Position numbers and translations under genes: made by a program. Below the pieces are notes generated by a model. That model was not told the DNA's origin, did not search any database, and saw only the letters and a program-made list of their open reading frames with translations. From Oleispira sp. (GTDB lineage: Bacteria; Pseudomonadota; Gammaproteobacteria; Pseudomonadales; Oceanobacteraceae): a stretch of 47,404 nucleotides of DNA. The stretch spans positions 1 through 47,404 of the forward strand of contig JBNMPQ010000001.1 in assembly GCA_051276935.1 (NCBI GenBank). The letters are read 5' to 3'. The stretch's first letter is position 1, and each line of letters begins with the position of its first letter. Of this stretch, positions 1 through 10,572 are shown piece after piece.

Positions 1-431
1 AAACTTATAGTGCAAAACCAGAAAGCGTACAACGCGAGTGGTTTATAGTTGACGCAGCCGAAAAGACTCTGGGGCGTCTGGCAACTGAGATTGCTCTTCG
101 TCTAAAAGGCAAGCATAAGCCAGAATACACACCTCACGTAGATACTGGCGATTACATCGTTGTTATCAACGCTGAAAAAGTTCGTGTAACTGGTAAGAAA
201 ACGACTGATAAAATGTATTACCGCCACACTGGTTACCCAGGTGGTTTACGTTCTATCTCTTTCGACAAGTTGATCGATCACAAGCCAGAAATGGTTATCG
301 AACAGGCTGTTAAGGGTATGCTTCCAAAGAACCCTTTAGGTCGTGATATGTATCGTAAGCTTAAAGTGTATGCTGGTTCTGAACATCCTCATACAGCTCA
401 ACAGCCACAAACTTTAGAGATAAAGGGATAG
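1..431 (+). CDS. rplM: 50S ribosomal protein L13 (5' end truncated by the window)
   Basis: Frame 3 is open from the window start: [50 protein letters not shown]...[10 protein letters not shown]...HPHTAQQP; directly precedes rpsI. Confidence 0.98.
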   Translation, partial: TYSAKPESVQREWFIVDAAEKTLGRLATEIALRLKGKHKPEYTPHVDTGDYIVVINAEKVRVTGKKTTDKMYYRHTGYPGGLRSISFDKLIDHKPEMVIEQAVKGMLPKNPLGRDMYRKLKVYAGSEHPHTAQQPQTLEIKG

Positions 432-434
432 ACC

Positions 435-827
435 ATGGCAACGACTCAATATTACGGTACTGGCCGTCGTAAGACCTCTACTGCACGCGTTTACTTGCGT
501 CCAGGAACAGGCACTATCCAGATCAATAAAAAAGCAATCGACGTATATTTCGGTCGTGAGACTGCTCGTATGATAATACGTCAGCCTTTAGAATTGACTG
601 AAAGCTTAGGTAACTTTGATGTGATCGTAAACGTTAAAGGCGGCGGCAATAGCGGTCAAGCTGGCGCGATTCGTCACGGTATTACACGTGCATTGATGCA
701 GTATGACGAAACACTTCGTCCTGCTCTTCGTGCAGCGGGTTATGTTACTCGTGATGCTCGTGAAGTTGAACGTAAGAAGGTTGGCCTACGTAAAGCACGT
801 AAGAAGCCACAGTTCAGCAAGCGTTAA
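435..827 (+). CDS. rpsI: 30S ribosomal protein S9
   Basis: [33 protein letters not shown]-terminal KKPQFSKR. Confidence 0.99.
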   Translation: MATTQYYGTGRRKTSTARVYLRPGTGTIQINKKAIDVYFGRETARMIIRQPLELTESLGNFDVIVNVKGGGNSGQAGAIRHGITRALMQYDETLRPALRAAGYVTRDAREVERKKVGLRKARKKPQFSKR

Positions 828-850
828 GATCAAACTTGCGCTACATCAAG

Positions 851-887
851 AAACGCTCAATGTATTTTACATTGGGCGTTTTTTTTT
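851..887 (+). terminator. Rho-independent terminator of rplM-rpsI
   Basis: AAACGCTCAATGTA-ttt-TACATTGGGCGTTT stem-loop running into a T9 tract. Confidence 0.9.
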
Positions 888-920
888 ACCTAAAGCCCCA
901 GCAGTATTAGGGTTTTTTAG

Positions 921-949
921 TTGTCAGATGGGCGCATTTTTATTACTAT
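921..949 (+). promoter_or_regulatory. Putative sigma70 promoter of petABC
   Basis: TTGTCA (921-926), 17-bp spacer, TACTAT (944-949). Confidence 0.65.
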
Positions 950-1051
950 GTGCGCCGCTTAGTATATCTAGCTGATGCTGACGTAGGTTTGTATATTATT
1001 TACGAGCGCTACTGCGTTAAGCCAAAAATTATAATGATGGGAGAATAGGTG

Positions 1052-1648
1052 ATGAGTCAAGACGGCGTGAATAACAGTCGACGTCTGCTACTCCTGGGTT
1101 CGACTGCCGCTTTTGGTGCTGTAGGCGCCGGCTTTGTTGCTGTTCCATTCCTTGCTTCATGGAATCCTAGTGAGAAAGCAAAAGCTGCTGGTGCACCTGC
1201 TAAAGTAGACATTAGTAAATTAGAGCCTGGCGCGATGCTCACTGCTGAGTGGCGCGGTAAACCTGTGTATGTTGTACGCCGTACTGAAGAAGTATTGGGT
1301 ATGCTTGATGGTTTGGCTGATAGTTTAAAAGACCCCGCAAACGGCAATAAAGATCAACAGCCAACTTATGCTGATAATCTACAGCGTTCTCGCGAGCCTG
1401 AATTATTGGTTTTGTTAGGTGTTTGTACTCACCTAGGATGTGCGCCAAAATTCTATGCTGAGGTTAAGCCAGAACCCTTTGATGCCGACTGGAAAGGTGG
1501 TTTCTACTGTCCTTGTCACGGCTCTCGTTTTGATATGTCTGGTCGCGTATTTAACGGTTCTCCAGCAGGTGATAATTTGCTTGTTCCTCCCCATATGTTT
1601 GAAGGTGATAATATCTTAATCATCGGTATTGATGAGGAAACTGCATAA
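1052..1648 (+). CDS. petA: Ubiquinol-cytochrome c reductase Rieske iron-sulfur subunit
   Basis: Tat-like SRR plus TM helix; CTHLGC and CPCHGS Rieske motifs; alternative GTG start at 1049. Confidence 0.98.
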   Translation: MSQDGVNNSRRLLLLGSTAAFGAVGAGFVAVPFLASWNPSEKAKAAGAPAKVDISKLEPGAMLTAEWRGKPVYVVRRTEEVLGMLDGLADSLKDPANGNKDQQPTYADNLQRSREPELLVLLGVCTHLGCAPKFYAEVKPEPFDADWKGGFYCPCHGSRFDMSGRVFNGSPAGDNLLVPPHMFEGDNILIIGIDEETA

Positions 1649-2895
1649 TGAGCAAGCAGAAAAGTCCAATCATGGGCTGGATAGACGACCGTCTTCCGGT
1701 AACCGTGACTTACGAAAAGCATTTGTCCAAATACTATGCGCCGAAAAACCTTAATTTCTGGTATTTCTTCGGTGTATTCTCAATGATAATGCTTGTTAAC
1801 CAAATCCTAACGGGTATTTGGCTAACAATGAACTTTACACCCAGTGCAGAGTTGGCTTTTGCATCAGTTGAATACATCATGAGAGATGTGCAGTGGGGTT
1901 GGTTATTGCGTTACATGCATTCTACGGGCGCTACCTTCTTCTTTATCGCTATTTACATGCACATGATGCGTGCCATGTTATACGGTTCTTACCAGAAGCC
2001 TCGTGAGCTGGTTTGGTTGTTTGGTATGGGGATTTATTTAGCCCTTATGGCAGAGGCTTTCATGGGGTATGTACTTCCATGGGGTCAGATGTCTTTTTGG
2101 GGTGCGCAGGTAATTATCTCATTGTTTGGTGCTATTCCTGTTATTGGTGATGACCTTACCACTTGGATTCGTGGTGATTTCCTTATTTCAGGTGCCACTT
2201 TAAACCGTTTCTTTGCTCTGCACGTTGTTGCTGTGCCCTTAGTGATTGTTGGCTTGGTAGTGATGCACTTATTGGCTTTGCATGAGGTGGGTTCTAACAA
2301 TCCTGAAGGCGTCGATATTAAGAAGCATAAAGATGAAAACGGTGCGCCTCTAGACGGCATTCCGTTCCATCCGTTTTATACCGTGCACGATATGGTCGGT
2401 ATCGTAGTCTTCTTAATCATCTTTTGTTCAGTCATGTTCTTCTTCCCAATGGGCGGTGGTTTCATGCTTGAGTATGCTAACTTCGAGCCCGCTAACGGTC
2501 TTAAGACACCCGCCCACATTGCGCCAGTGTGGTATTTCGGTGCGTTCTACACCATTCTTCGAGCAATTCCTGATAAATTACTAGGGGTTATTGCGATGGG
2601 GGCTGCGATTGCAATCTTGTTTGTAGTGCCATGGTTGGATAGAAGTCCCGTTAGAAGTATTCGATATAAAGGTATTGTCAGCAAAACATTAATACCTATA
2701 TTTGGTGTTGTGTTTGCTATCTTAACTTGGTTAGGAACTCAGCCTTCTGATGGTTACTTCTTAGGCTTGGTGAACAATACGACTTTGGCTCGTTGGTTAA
2801 CGGTATTCTACTTCGGTTACTTTTTACTGATGCCTTTCTATACACGTATGGAAAAAACCAAACCTGTTCCTGAACGAATTACTGGAGGCCACTAG
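1648..2895 (+). CDS. petB: Cytochrome b of the bc1 complex
   Basis: RYMHSTGA, GYVLPWGQMSFWGA, RFFALH, Qo motif PVWY; TAATG overlap with petA. Confidence 0.98.
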   Translation: MSKQKSPIMGWIDDRLPVTVTYEKHLSKYYAPKNLNFWYFFGVFSMIMLVNQILTGIWLTMNFTPSAELAFASVEYIMRDVQWGWLLRYMHSTGATFFFIAIYMHMMRAMLYGSYQKPRELVWLFGMGIYLALMAEAFMGYVLPWGQMSFWGAQVIISLFGAIPVIGDDLTTWIRGDFLISGATLNRFFALHVVAVPLVIVGLVVMHLLALHEVGSNNPEGVDIKKHKDENGAPLDGIPFHPFYTVHDMVGIVVFLIIFCSVMFFFPMGGGFMLEYANFEPANGLKTPAHIAPVWYFGAFYTILRAIPDKLLGVIAMGAAIAILFVVPWLDRSPVRSIRYKGIVSKTLIPIFGVVFAILTWLGTQPSDGYFLGLVNNTTLARWLTVFYFGYFLLMPFYTRMEKTKPVPERITGGH

Positions 2896-2896
2896 A

Positions 2897-3676
2897 ATGA
2901 AAAAAGTTATTGCTCTGTTCGCTTTGATGGCTTCTTCGCTTTCTTATGCAGCCGGTGGTGGTATTCACCTAGACGAACATAAAACAGATTTGAGTGATAC
3001 TGCCTCTTTGCAGCGTGGCGCTCAAACTTTTATGAACTATTGCATGGGTTGTCACTCTCTAGAGCACGGTCGTTTTAACCGTGTTGCTAAGGATTTGGAC
3101 ATTCCGGAAAATTTAATGCAAGAAAATCTAAACTTTGCGGGTAAGCGTTTTGGTGATCTGATGACGATCGCTATGCGCACTGAAGATTCTAAGAAATGGT
3201 TCGGTGCTACACCTCCAGATCTTACTTTGGTTACTCGTGTTCGCGGTGGTGACGGTGATTGGGTATACACTTACTTACGTTCTTTTTACGAAGATAAAAG
3301 TCGTCCATATGGCGTAAATAATGCTGCGTACAAAGATGTGGGTATGCCTCACGTTCTTGCGGGCCTACAAGGTACGCAGAAGAAAGGTTGTGCTCCTGTA
3401 TCTACAGGTTATGATTCTTTAACGGGTAACGAAATCATGGCTGATAGCTGTGAGCTTGAAGAGCCTAAAGAAGTATTGTATCTAGAGGAAGAAGGACAAT
3501 TAACTCCTAAAGAATACGACAATCTAGTGTATGATTTGGTGAACTTTTTAGTCTACATGTCAGAACCGATCGCCTTAGAGCGTGAACGTCTTGGTTGGTG
3601 GGTATTGTTGTTCTTATTTATCTTCCTAATTCCTGTTTACTTTTTGAACAAAGAATATTGGAAAGACATTCACTAA
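2897..3676 (+). CDS. petC: Cytochrome c1
   Basis: Signal peptide, CMGCH heme motif, PPDL, MPHVL, C-terminal TM ending KEYWKDIH. Confidence 0.98.
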   Translation: MKKVIALFALMASSLSYAAGGGIHLDEHKTDLSDTASLQRGAQTFMNYCMGCHSLEHGRFNRVAKDLDIPENLMQENLNFAGKRFGDLMTIAMRTEDSKKWFGATPPDLTLVTRVRGGDGDWVYTYLRSFYEDKSRPYGVNNAAYKDVGMPHVLAGLQGTQKKGCAPVSTGYDSLTGNEIMADSCELEEPKEVLYLEEEGQLTPKEYDNLVYDLVNFLVYMSEPIALERERLGWWVLLFLFIFLIPVYFLNKEYWKDIH

Positions 3677-3705
3677 TTCGTATTAGAATTAGTTGAGTTA
3701 CCTTG

Positions 3706-3748
3706 TACTGCTCGGCGCGGAAACGTGTTCGGGCTGTATTTGTTTTTG
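3706..3748 (+). terminator. Possible terminator or stabilising hairpin between petC and sspA
   Basis: TACTGCTCG-GCGCG-gaaa-CGTGT-TCGGGCTGTA imperfect stem with GNRA loop, followed by TTTGTTTTT. Confidence 0.5.
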
Positions 3749-3780
3749 AATAGTTAAAATTTATTTAGCTGGGGAATTAT

Positions 3781-4413
3781 ATGGGTGTAGTTGCTAAACG
3801 TTCTTCAATGACGTTTTATTCGGATGGTACTGATCATTATAGCCATCGTGTGCGCATTGTATTGGCTGAAAAAGGTGTGACCGTAGAAGTTCACGATGTA
3901 GACGCTGATAACAAGCCAGAAGATTTGGCTACGTTGAATCCGTATAATTCATTGCCAACATTAGTTGATCGTGAGTTGGTGTTATACCAGCCAAACGTAA
4001 TGATGGAATATTTGGATGAGCGTTTTCCACATCCACCATTATTGCCTGTTTATCCAGTTGCTCGTGCGGAAAGTCGTTTGTTGATTCACCGCATTGAAAA
4101 AGACTGGTGTGTACTTGTTGATACCATCTTCTCTGCGACTGCAAAAGATAAAGACAAGGAAAAAGCGCGTAAAGAATTACGTGAAGGTATGATGACAATT
4201 GCGCCTATCTTTAAAGATATGCCTTATTTCATGAGTGACGAGTTCACAATTGTTGATTGTTGTATGGCTCCAATCTTATGGCGTTTGCCAGCAATGGGTA
4301 TTGAGCTTAGTGGTAAAGCGGTTGAACCTTTGTTCCAGTACATGGAACGTTTATTTGATCGTGAATCTTTTCAAGCTAGCTTGTCGGAAGCCGAGCAGGA
4401 AATGCGCGGTTAA
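3781..4413 (+). CDS. sspA: Stringent starvation protein A (GST-like)
   Basis: KRSSMTFYS, SHRVRIVLAEKGV, EYLDERFPHPPLLPVYPVARA. Confidence 0.98.
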   Translation: MGVVAKRSSMTFYSDGTDHYSHRVRIVLAEKGVTVEVHDVDADNKPEDLATLNPYNSLPTLVDRELVLYQPNVMMEYLDERFPHPPLLPVYPVARAESRLLIHRIEKDWCVLVDTIFSATAKDKDKEKARKELREGMMTIAPIFKDMPYFMSDEFTIVDCCMAPILWRLPAMGIELSGKAVEPLFQYMERLFDRESFQASLSEAEQEMRG

Positions 4414-4418
4414 TCGAG

Positions 4419-4832
4419 ATGACAACAATGACGCCAAGTCGTCCGTATTTAATGCGGGCGCTGAACGAATGGATACTTGAAAACGACTGCACGCCTTATG
4501 TGCTGGTTGATGCAGGTATGCCCGGTGTTCAAGTCCCAGAAGATTACATAGATAACGGTCAGATTGTGCTGAACATCAGTATGTCTGCTGTAAAATCCCT
4601 GCTGATAGATGATGATGGTTTGTCGTTTAATGCTCGCTTTGGTGGGGTACCGATTGATTTGTACGTGCCAATGGTCGCGATCTTAGCAATTTATGCCAAA
4701 GAGAATGGTCAAGGGATGGTATTTGGGAATGAAGCGGGTGCCCCTGATCCCAATAAGCCTCATGAGCCGACTAAGACCAAGCGTGAAGAAAAACCTGTCA
4801 AGGCAAGACCTTCTTTAAAAGTGGTCAAGTAG
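4419..4832 (+). CDS. sspB: ClpXP adaptor, stringent starvation protein B
   Basis: SRPYLMRALNEWILENDCTPY, FNARFGG, C-terminal ClpX-binding RPSLKVVK. Confidence 0.97.
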   Translation: MTTMTPSRPYLMRALNEWILENDCTPYVLVDAGMPGVQVPEDYIDNGQIVLNISMSAVKSLLIDDDGLSFNARFGGVPIDLYVPMVAILAIYAKENGQGMVFGNEAGAPDPNKPHEPTKTKREEKPVKARPSLKVVK

Positions 4833-4880
4833 CGTCTTACAGGGATGAGTACAGCCGTTAAGTAGAATACTGTTAGTATA

Positions 4881-4922
4881 AAAGATACCCCGTGAAATCC
4901 GTTCTCTTGGGGTATTTTTTTG
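4881..4922 (+). terminator. Terminator after sspB (possibly bidirectional)
   Basis: ATACCCC...GGGGTAT stem followed by a T-tract; A-run on the 5' side; lies between convergent genes. Confidence 0.75.
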
Positions 4923-4943
4923 TCTGTACTTAAGGTGCAGAGG

Positions 4944-5675
4944 CTATTGCTTATTGAGCTCCCAGTTATAATCCAGCGTGCTGTAATCAGTAAAGCGACC
5001 CGCTTCCATGTTGTATTGAGCGATATATTTTAAAATGCTGGCAGGTTCTTGATCGACTGCAAAATCTTTATCAAACCAATCAAAGATTTTAGAGATATAA
5101 ATTTCCTCCCCTTTAATGTGAATCCCTTTGTCCGTGTTCGATAGAAAGCTCCGAGTCTGCTCATCCAGTTGAGTATTCAAATTATTGGCAGAGTAGGCTT
5201 CCGTCCGTAAATCAGGGCAACTTAAAGATGCGCATACGATGGCAAAATGAATTCTAGGCTCACCCATTTTACGTAAAATCTTATGCTCTATTGTATCTAA
5301 ACTAACTGTTTTAGTATTCAGCATAGCGGCCGGTTTCTGCCAAACAGGGCTAAACCAAGACCCGATGTCACGGATACTGTGTTTAGGCTTGTGGTCAGTA
5401 ATCAGTTTAATAGCAAACAGGTTGTAGGTATTGATATAGAAAGCCATTTTCTCTTGCCCCTCTAAATCAGAAGGATTGAAAGCCGCAAGGCGTTCTAGCA
5501 GCCCAGAGAATTTAGGGTCTTCACCGATGGAGTCATAGTCTACTAAATTGGTTAAAATTCCAGATCGCTCCTCTTTGACAACATTCTGTTTGAGTAAGGT
5601 GCTGTAATCAGACCAGTCAAAGTCAGCTGAGCTGTACTGGCTAACAAAGATTAAGCACAGTAGTAAAATACGCAT
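4944..5675 (-). CDS. DUF547 domain exported protein
   Basis: AFYINTYN, IEHKILR, EPRIHFAIVCASLSCP, SKIFDWF, YNWELN; start moved to ATG 5675 (GGAG upstream, signal peptide MRILLLCLIFVSQYSSA). Confidence 0.88.
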   Translation of the reverse strand: MRILLLCLIFVSQYSSADFDWSDYSTLLKQNVVKEERSGILTNLVDYDSIGEDPKFSGLLERLAAFNPSDLEGQEKMAFYINTYNLFAIKLITDHKPKHSIRDIGSWFSPVWQKPAAMLNTKTVSLDTIEHKILRKMGEPRIHFAIVCASLSCPDLRTEAYSANNLNTQLDEQTRSFLSNTDKGIHIKGEEIYISKIFDWFDKDFAVDQEPASILKYIAQYNMEAGRFTDYSTLDYNWELNKQ

Positions 5676-5829
5676 TTTATGAACTCCAATAGTAATACGA
5701 CTAATATTTGAAACAGCCAACAGTATAGGTATTACTGGCTGAATTGTCATTGAGCATAAGAGACTCTATTGGTGGGTAAATATTTAAGAGGTATTTACTC
5801 GAACCAACAGAACAATAAATTCACATTAT

Positions 5830-5863
5830 AAAAAAGCCGCAGTCTAGAAACTAGAATGCGGCT
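5830..5863 (-). terminator. Terminator of gatCAB
   Basis: AGCCGCA-G-TCTAG-aaa-CTAGA-A-TGCGGCT stem; A6 on the + strand is a U-tract on the minus strand. Confidence 0.85.
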
Positions 5864-5894
5864 CAATTATGAAGAAACGACAGGCGAAGCGGTA

Positions 5895-7346
5895 TTAACT
5901 CAGTTCGTTGAGCTTTTGCTTTAAAACTTCCATTACAACTTGAGGGTTAACACCCTTAGCCGCTTTACGAGCTGCGCCAATAAATGGCCCAATCGCTTTA
6001 GCACGCTTGTCTTCAGGAGTATTCAGATACGCTTCAACTAGCTTAGGGCTGTCGGCTAATACTTGTGCAACCACCGCTTCAATTGCGGAAGTATCGGATA
6101 CTTGCTTAAGACCTAATTGATCGATGAGATGATCAACATCAGAACCTTTACCCTGCCAAATCGCATTAAAGACTTCCTTCGCGCCATCGTTTGAGATGTC
6201 GTTGCCTTTAACACTCTTCAAAATAGCGCCTAACTGCTGCGCGCTAACAGGGATGTCGGTAATGCTGATTTCGTTCTTGTTCAATGCGGCCGATAAATCG
6301 CCCATTACCCAGTTTGCAGCGATTTTGTAATCACCTGCAATCTCAGCAGCCACTTCAAAGTAATCAGCCATTTCACGGCTCGCAGACAATACACCAGCGT
6401 TATAAGAAGAAAGACCATGCTCAGCTTCAAAGCGTGCTTTTTTCTGTTCAGGCAGTTCAGGCAAGGTCGCTCGAATTGCTTCAACATATTCTTTGTCGAT
6501 GATCACTGGTAATAAGTCAGGATCTGGGAAGTAGCGATAATCGTTAGCCACTTCTTTAGAACGCATGCTGCGAGTTTCGTTTTTATCGGCGTCGAATAAA
6601 CGTGTTTCTTGAGTGATGCTGCCACCGTCTTCAAGAATGTCCATCTGACGTACGATTTCAACTTCAATCGCGCGCTCTACGTTTTTAAACGAGTTAACGT
6701 TTTTGATTTCTGTACGCGTACCTAGCTCTTCTTGGCCCTTAGGACGCAAAGAAACGTTACAGTCACAACGCATAGAACCTTGCGATAAGTTGCCATCACA
6801 AATGCCTAAATACATCACAATGCTTTGCATCTTTCGGAAGTAAGCAGAGGCTTCTTTCGAGGTACGTAATTCAGGCTCAGATACGATTTCGATTAACGGC
6901 GTACCACAACGGTTTAAGTCGATGCCCGACTGACCATTAAAGCCTTCGTGAACTGATTTACCGGCGTCTTCTTCAAGGTGTGCGCGCGTCACGTTAATGC
7001 GACGCGTCTTGCCTTCACCTAAATCGATATCAATATGACCCATGCCGACGATGGGTTCGTGCAGCTGAGTAATTTGATAGCCTTTTGGCGAATCAGGGTA
7101 AAAATAGTTTTTACGATCGAAGACCGACTTCATGCCGATTTCAGCATCGATGGCTAAGCCAAACTTAACCGCCATACGTAACGCTTCTTCGTTAAAAACC
7201 GGTAGAACACCCGGTAAACCCAAGTCGTAAATATTGGCTTGAGTATTTGCATCTGCGCCGTATTCAGTACTTGAACCGGAGAATATTTTTGATTTTGTAG
7301 CCAACTGAGCGTGAATCTCAAGGCCAATTACCACTTCCCATTCCAT
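5895..7346 (-). CDS. gatB: Asp-tRNA(Asn)/Glu-tRNA(Gln) amidotransferase subunit B
   Basis: [39 protein letters not shown]. Confidence 0.99.
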   Translation of the reverse strand: MEWEVVIGLEIHAQLATKSKIFSGSSTEYGADANTQANIYDLGLPGVLPVFNEEALRMAVKFGLAIDAEIGMKSVFDRKNYFYPDSPKGYQITQLHEPIVGMGHIDIDLGEGKTRRINVTRAHLEEDAGKSVHEGFNGQSGIDLNRCGTPLIEIVSEPELRTSKEASAYFRKMQSIVMYLGICDGNLSQGSMRCDCNVSLRPKGQEELGTRTEIKNVNSFKNVERAIEVEIVRQMDILEDGGSITQETRLFDADKNETRSMRSKEVANDYRYFPDPDLLPVIIDKEYVEAIRATLPELPEQKKARFEAEHGLSSYNAGVLSASREMADYFEVAAEIAGDYKIAANWVMGDLSAALNKNEISITDIPVSAQQLGAILKSVKGNDISNDGAKEVFNAIWQGKGSDVDHLIDQLGLKQVSDTSAIEAVVAQVLADSPKLVEAYLNTPEDKRAKAIGPFIGAARKAAKGVNPQVVMEVLKQKLNELS

Positions 7347-7358
7347 GATAGAGTCCTC

Positions 7359-8813
7359 TTATTTTAAGCCAGTTGGAGTTTTAGTATGCCAGTCAGTTGC
7401 ATTCTGAAATTGATGTGCGCAGTTTAATAAACGGCTCTCATCAAAGTAGTTACCGATTAGCTGTAGGCCGACTGGAAGATCATTAATCATTCCCGCGGGT
7501 ACCGACATGCCAGGTAGGCCTGCTAAGTTGGTCGCGAGTGTGTAGATATCTTCTAAATACATGCTGACAGGGTCTTTGCTTTTCTCGCCAAACTTAAACG
7601 CTGGGCTTGGAGCAACAGGGCTCATGATTACGTCAACGTCGTTAAACGCGGCCACAAAGTCGTTTTTAATTAAGCGACGAACTTGCTGTGCTTTTTTATA
7701 GTACGCATCGTAGAAACCGGCAGACAGTGCGTAAGAACCTAACATTATGCGGCGCTGAACTTCGTCACCAAAACCTTCACTACGCGAACGTTTATAAAGG
7801 TCTTCGATATTTTTTGGATCTTCACAGCGATGGCCAAAACGAACGCCATCCATACGCGATAGATTGGCAGAACATTCTGACGGTGCAATCACGTAATAAG
7901 CAGGAACACACAAATTGGTATTCGGTAAGCTAATTTCTTTTAGCGTAGCGCCCATTTTTTCGTATTCTTTGATCGCATCTTGAATGGTTTGGGCCATTAC
8001 TGGATCGAGATCTGCGCTGAAGTATTCTTTTGGCAAGCCAATGGTCATGCCTTGCATAGAATTGTTCAGGTTAGCGCGATAATCAGGTACATCACGCTCG
8101 ATGCTGGTGGAGTCTTTTTTATCAAAGCCTGCCATTACATTTAACATCATCGCCGCATCTTCTGCTGTGCGAGCAATTGGGCCGCCTTGGTCAAGACTAG
8201 AGGCGTAAGAAATCATACCGAAGCGAGATACGCGACCATAAGTTGGTTTGATACCTGTTACGCCGCAAAAAGAAGCAGGTTGGCGGATCGAACCGCCAGT
8301 ATCAGTAGCGGTGATGCCTGGCGCTAAACGTGCGGCAACGGCTGCTGCTGAACCACCGGAAGAACCACCCGGAACATGCTCTTCGTTCCACGGATTTTTA
8401 ACAGCCCCGTAAAAAGAACTTTCGCTGGAAGAGCCCATCGCGAACTCGTCCATATTGGTTTTACCCAAAGAGACTGCGCCGACTTGGTTGAAATTATCGG
8501 CAACGGTAGAGTCGTAAGGTGCGATGAACTTATCTAACATCTTTGAACCACAGCTGGTGCGAACGCCTTCGGTACAAAAGATATCTTTGTGCGCCATCGG
8601 CACACCGGTCCATTCGTTAGCATTGCCCGCAGCACGTAACTCGTCTGCTGCTTTTGCTTGTATTAACGCTTTTTCGTCGGTGACGGTAATAAAACTATTG
8701 TATTGGCCGTCTAGATTTTTGATGCGATCCAAAAAATGTTGGGTAACTTCAACACTGGAATATTCGCCGGCTTGTAAATCTTGAGAGATTTGAGCCAAGG
8801 TTTTGTTATGCAT
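7359..8813 (-). CDS. gatA: Amidotransferase subunit A
   Basis: [38 protein letters not shown] amidase signature. Confidence 0.99.
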   Translation of the reverse strand: MHNKTLAQISQDLQAGEYSSVEVTQHFLDRIKNLDGQYNSFITVTDEKALIQAKAADELRAAGNANEWTGVPMAHKDIFCTEGVRTSCGSKMLDKFIAPYDSTVADNFNQVGAVSLGKTNMDEFAMGSSSESSFYGAVKNPWNEEHVPGGSSGGSAAAVAARLAPGITATDTGGSIRQPASFCGVTGIKPTYGRVSRFGMISYASSLDQGGPIARTAEDAAMMLNVMAGFDKKDSTSIERDVPDYRANLNNSMQGMTIGLPKEYFSADLDPVMAQTIQDAIKEYEKMGATLKEISLPNTNLCVPAYYVIAPSECSANLSRMDGVRFGHRCEDPKNIEDLYKRSRSEGFGDEVQRRIMLGSYALSAGFYDAYYKKAQQVRRLIKNDFVAAFNDVDVIMSPVAPSPAFKFGEKSKDPVSMYLEDIYTLATNLAGLPGMSVPAGMINDLPVGLQLIGNYFDESRLLNCAHQFQNATDWHTKTPTGLK

Positions 8814-8838
8814 GATGTGTCCTTAATTCTTAGCTCTA

Positions 8839-9126
8839 TTATTCAACAACTTTGGGCACTAAATAATGACCGTCATCGGTGCTTGGGGCAATCTTCTGAA
8901 ATTTCTCGCGCTGATTAATTTCAGTCACAACATCGGCACGTAAGCGTTGAACAGCATCCATTGGGTGTGCCATCGGTTCTACGCCATCGGTATCAACGGC
9001 TTGTAGCTGATCCACTAAATCCAAAATATTGGATAAGTTGGTTTGAAATTCTGTGATACTTTTTTCGTCTATCTGCAAGCGCGAAAGGTCGGCGATTGCG
9101 AGAACCTGATTTGTGTCCAAAGACAT
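8839..9126 (-). CDS. gatC: Amidotransferase subunit C
   Basis: VDTDGVEPMAHP, LRADVV, YLVPKVVE; first gene of gatCAB. Confidence 0.97.
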   Translation of the reverse strand: MSLDTNQVLAIADLSRLQIDEKSITEFQTNLSNILDLVDQLQAVDTDGVEPMAHPMDAVQRLRADVVTEINQREKFQKIAPSTDDGHYLVPKVVE

Positions 9127-9314
9127 GGGGTTGCTCCACTGTTTAAGCAGCTGCTTACCATCAAGGCTAGTTCAGCTTGTTTACCACATTATAAAGGGCA
9201 TTTTAAAGGCGATAAGTTACCACATATAGTTGCAGGATTTTAGCGCTTATTGATCCAATAATGCATGCGATCAAACTAACTTGGTAATTAATACGCAACT
9301 TGTGATATGGGAGC

Positions 9315-9343
9315 TTGCCGAAAGCCTGTGCCGTTGCTAGAGT
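9315..9343 (+). promoter_or_regulatory. Putative sigma70 promoter of the mre operon
   Basis: TTGCCG (9315-9320), 17-bp spacer, TAGAGT (9338-9343) with an extended TGn. Confidence 0.55.
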
Positions 9344-9362
9344 TACAGCAATTTTTTGGTAG

Positions 9363-10454
<1,092 letters not shown>

Positions 10455-10486
10455 CGACAAATTGTTTTTTTGAATTCTGCTCAAAC

Positions 10487-10523
10487 GGCTACAAGCGCTA
10501 TTTTATCGCGCTTTTAGCCTTTT
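10487..10523 (+). terminator. Intra-operon hairpin after mreB
   Basis: GGCTA-C-AAGCGC...GCGCTT-T-TAGCC followed by TTTT. Confidence 0.55.
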
Positions 10524-10572
10524 AAACCTTATCCTGTAAGCACTTTCCTTGTATAGTTGACCGATAAAAGGA

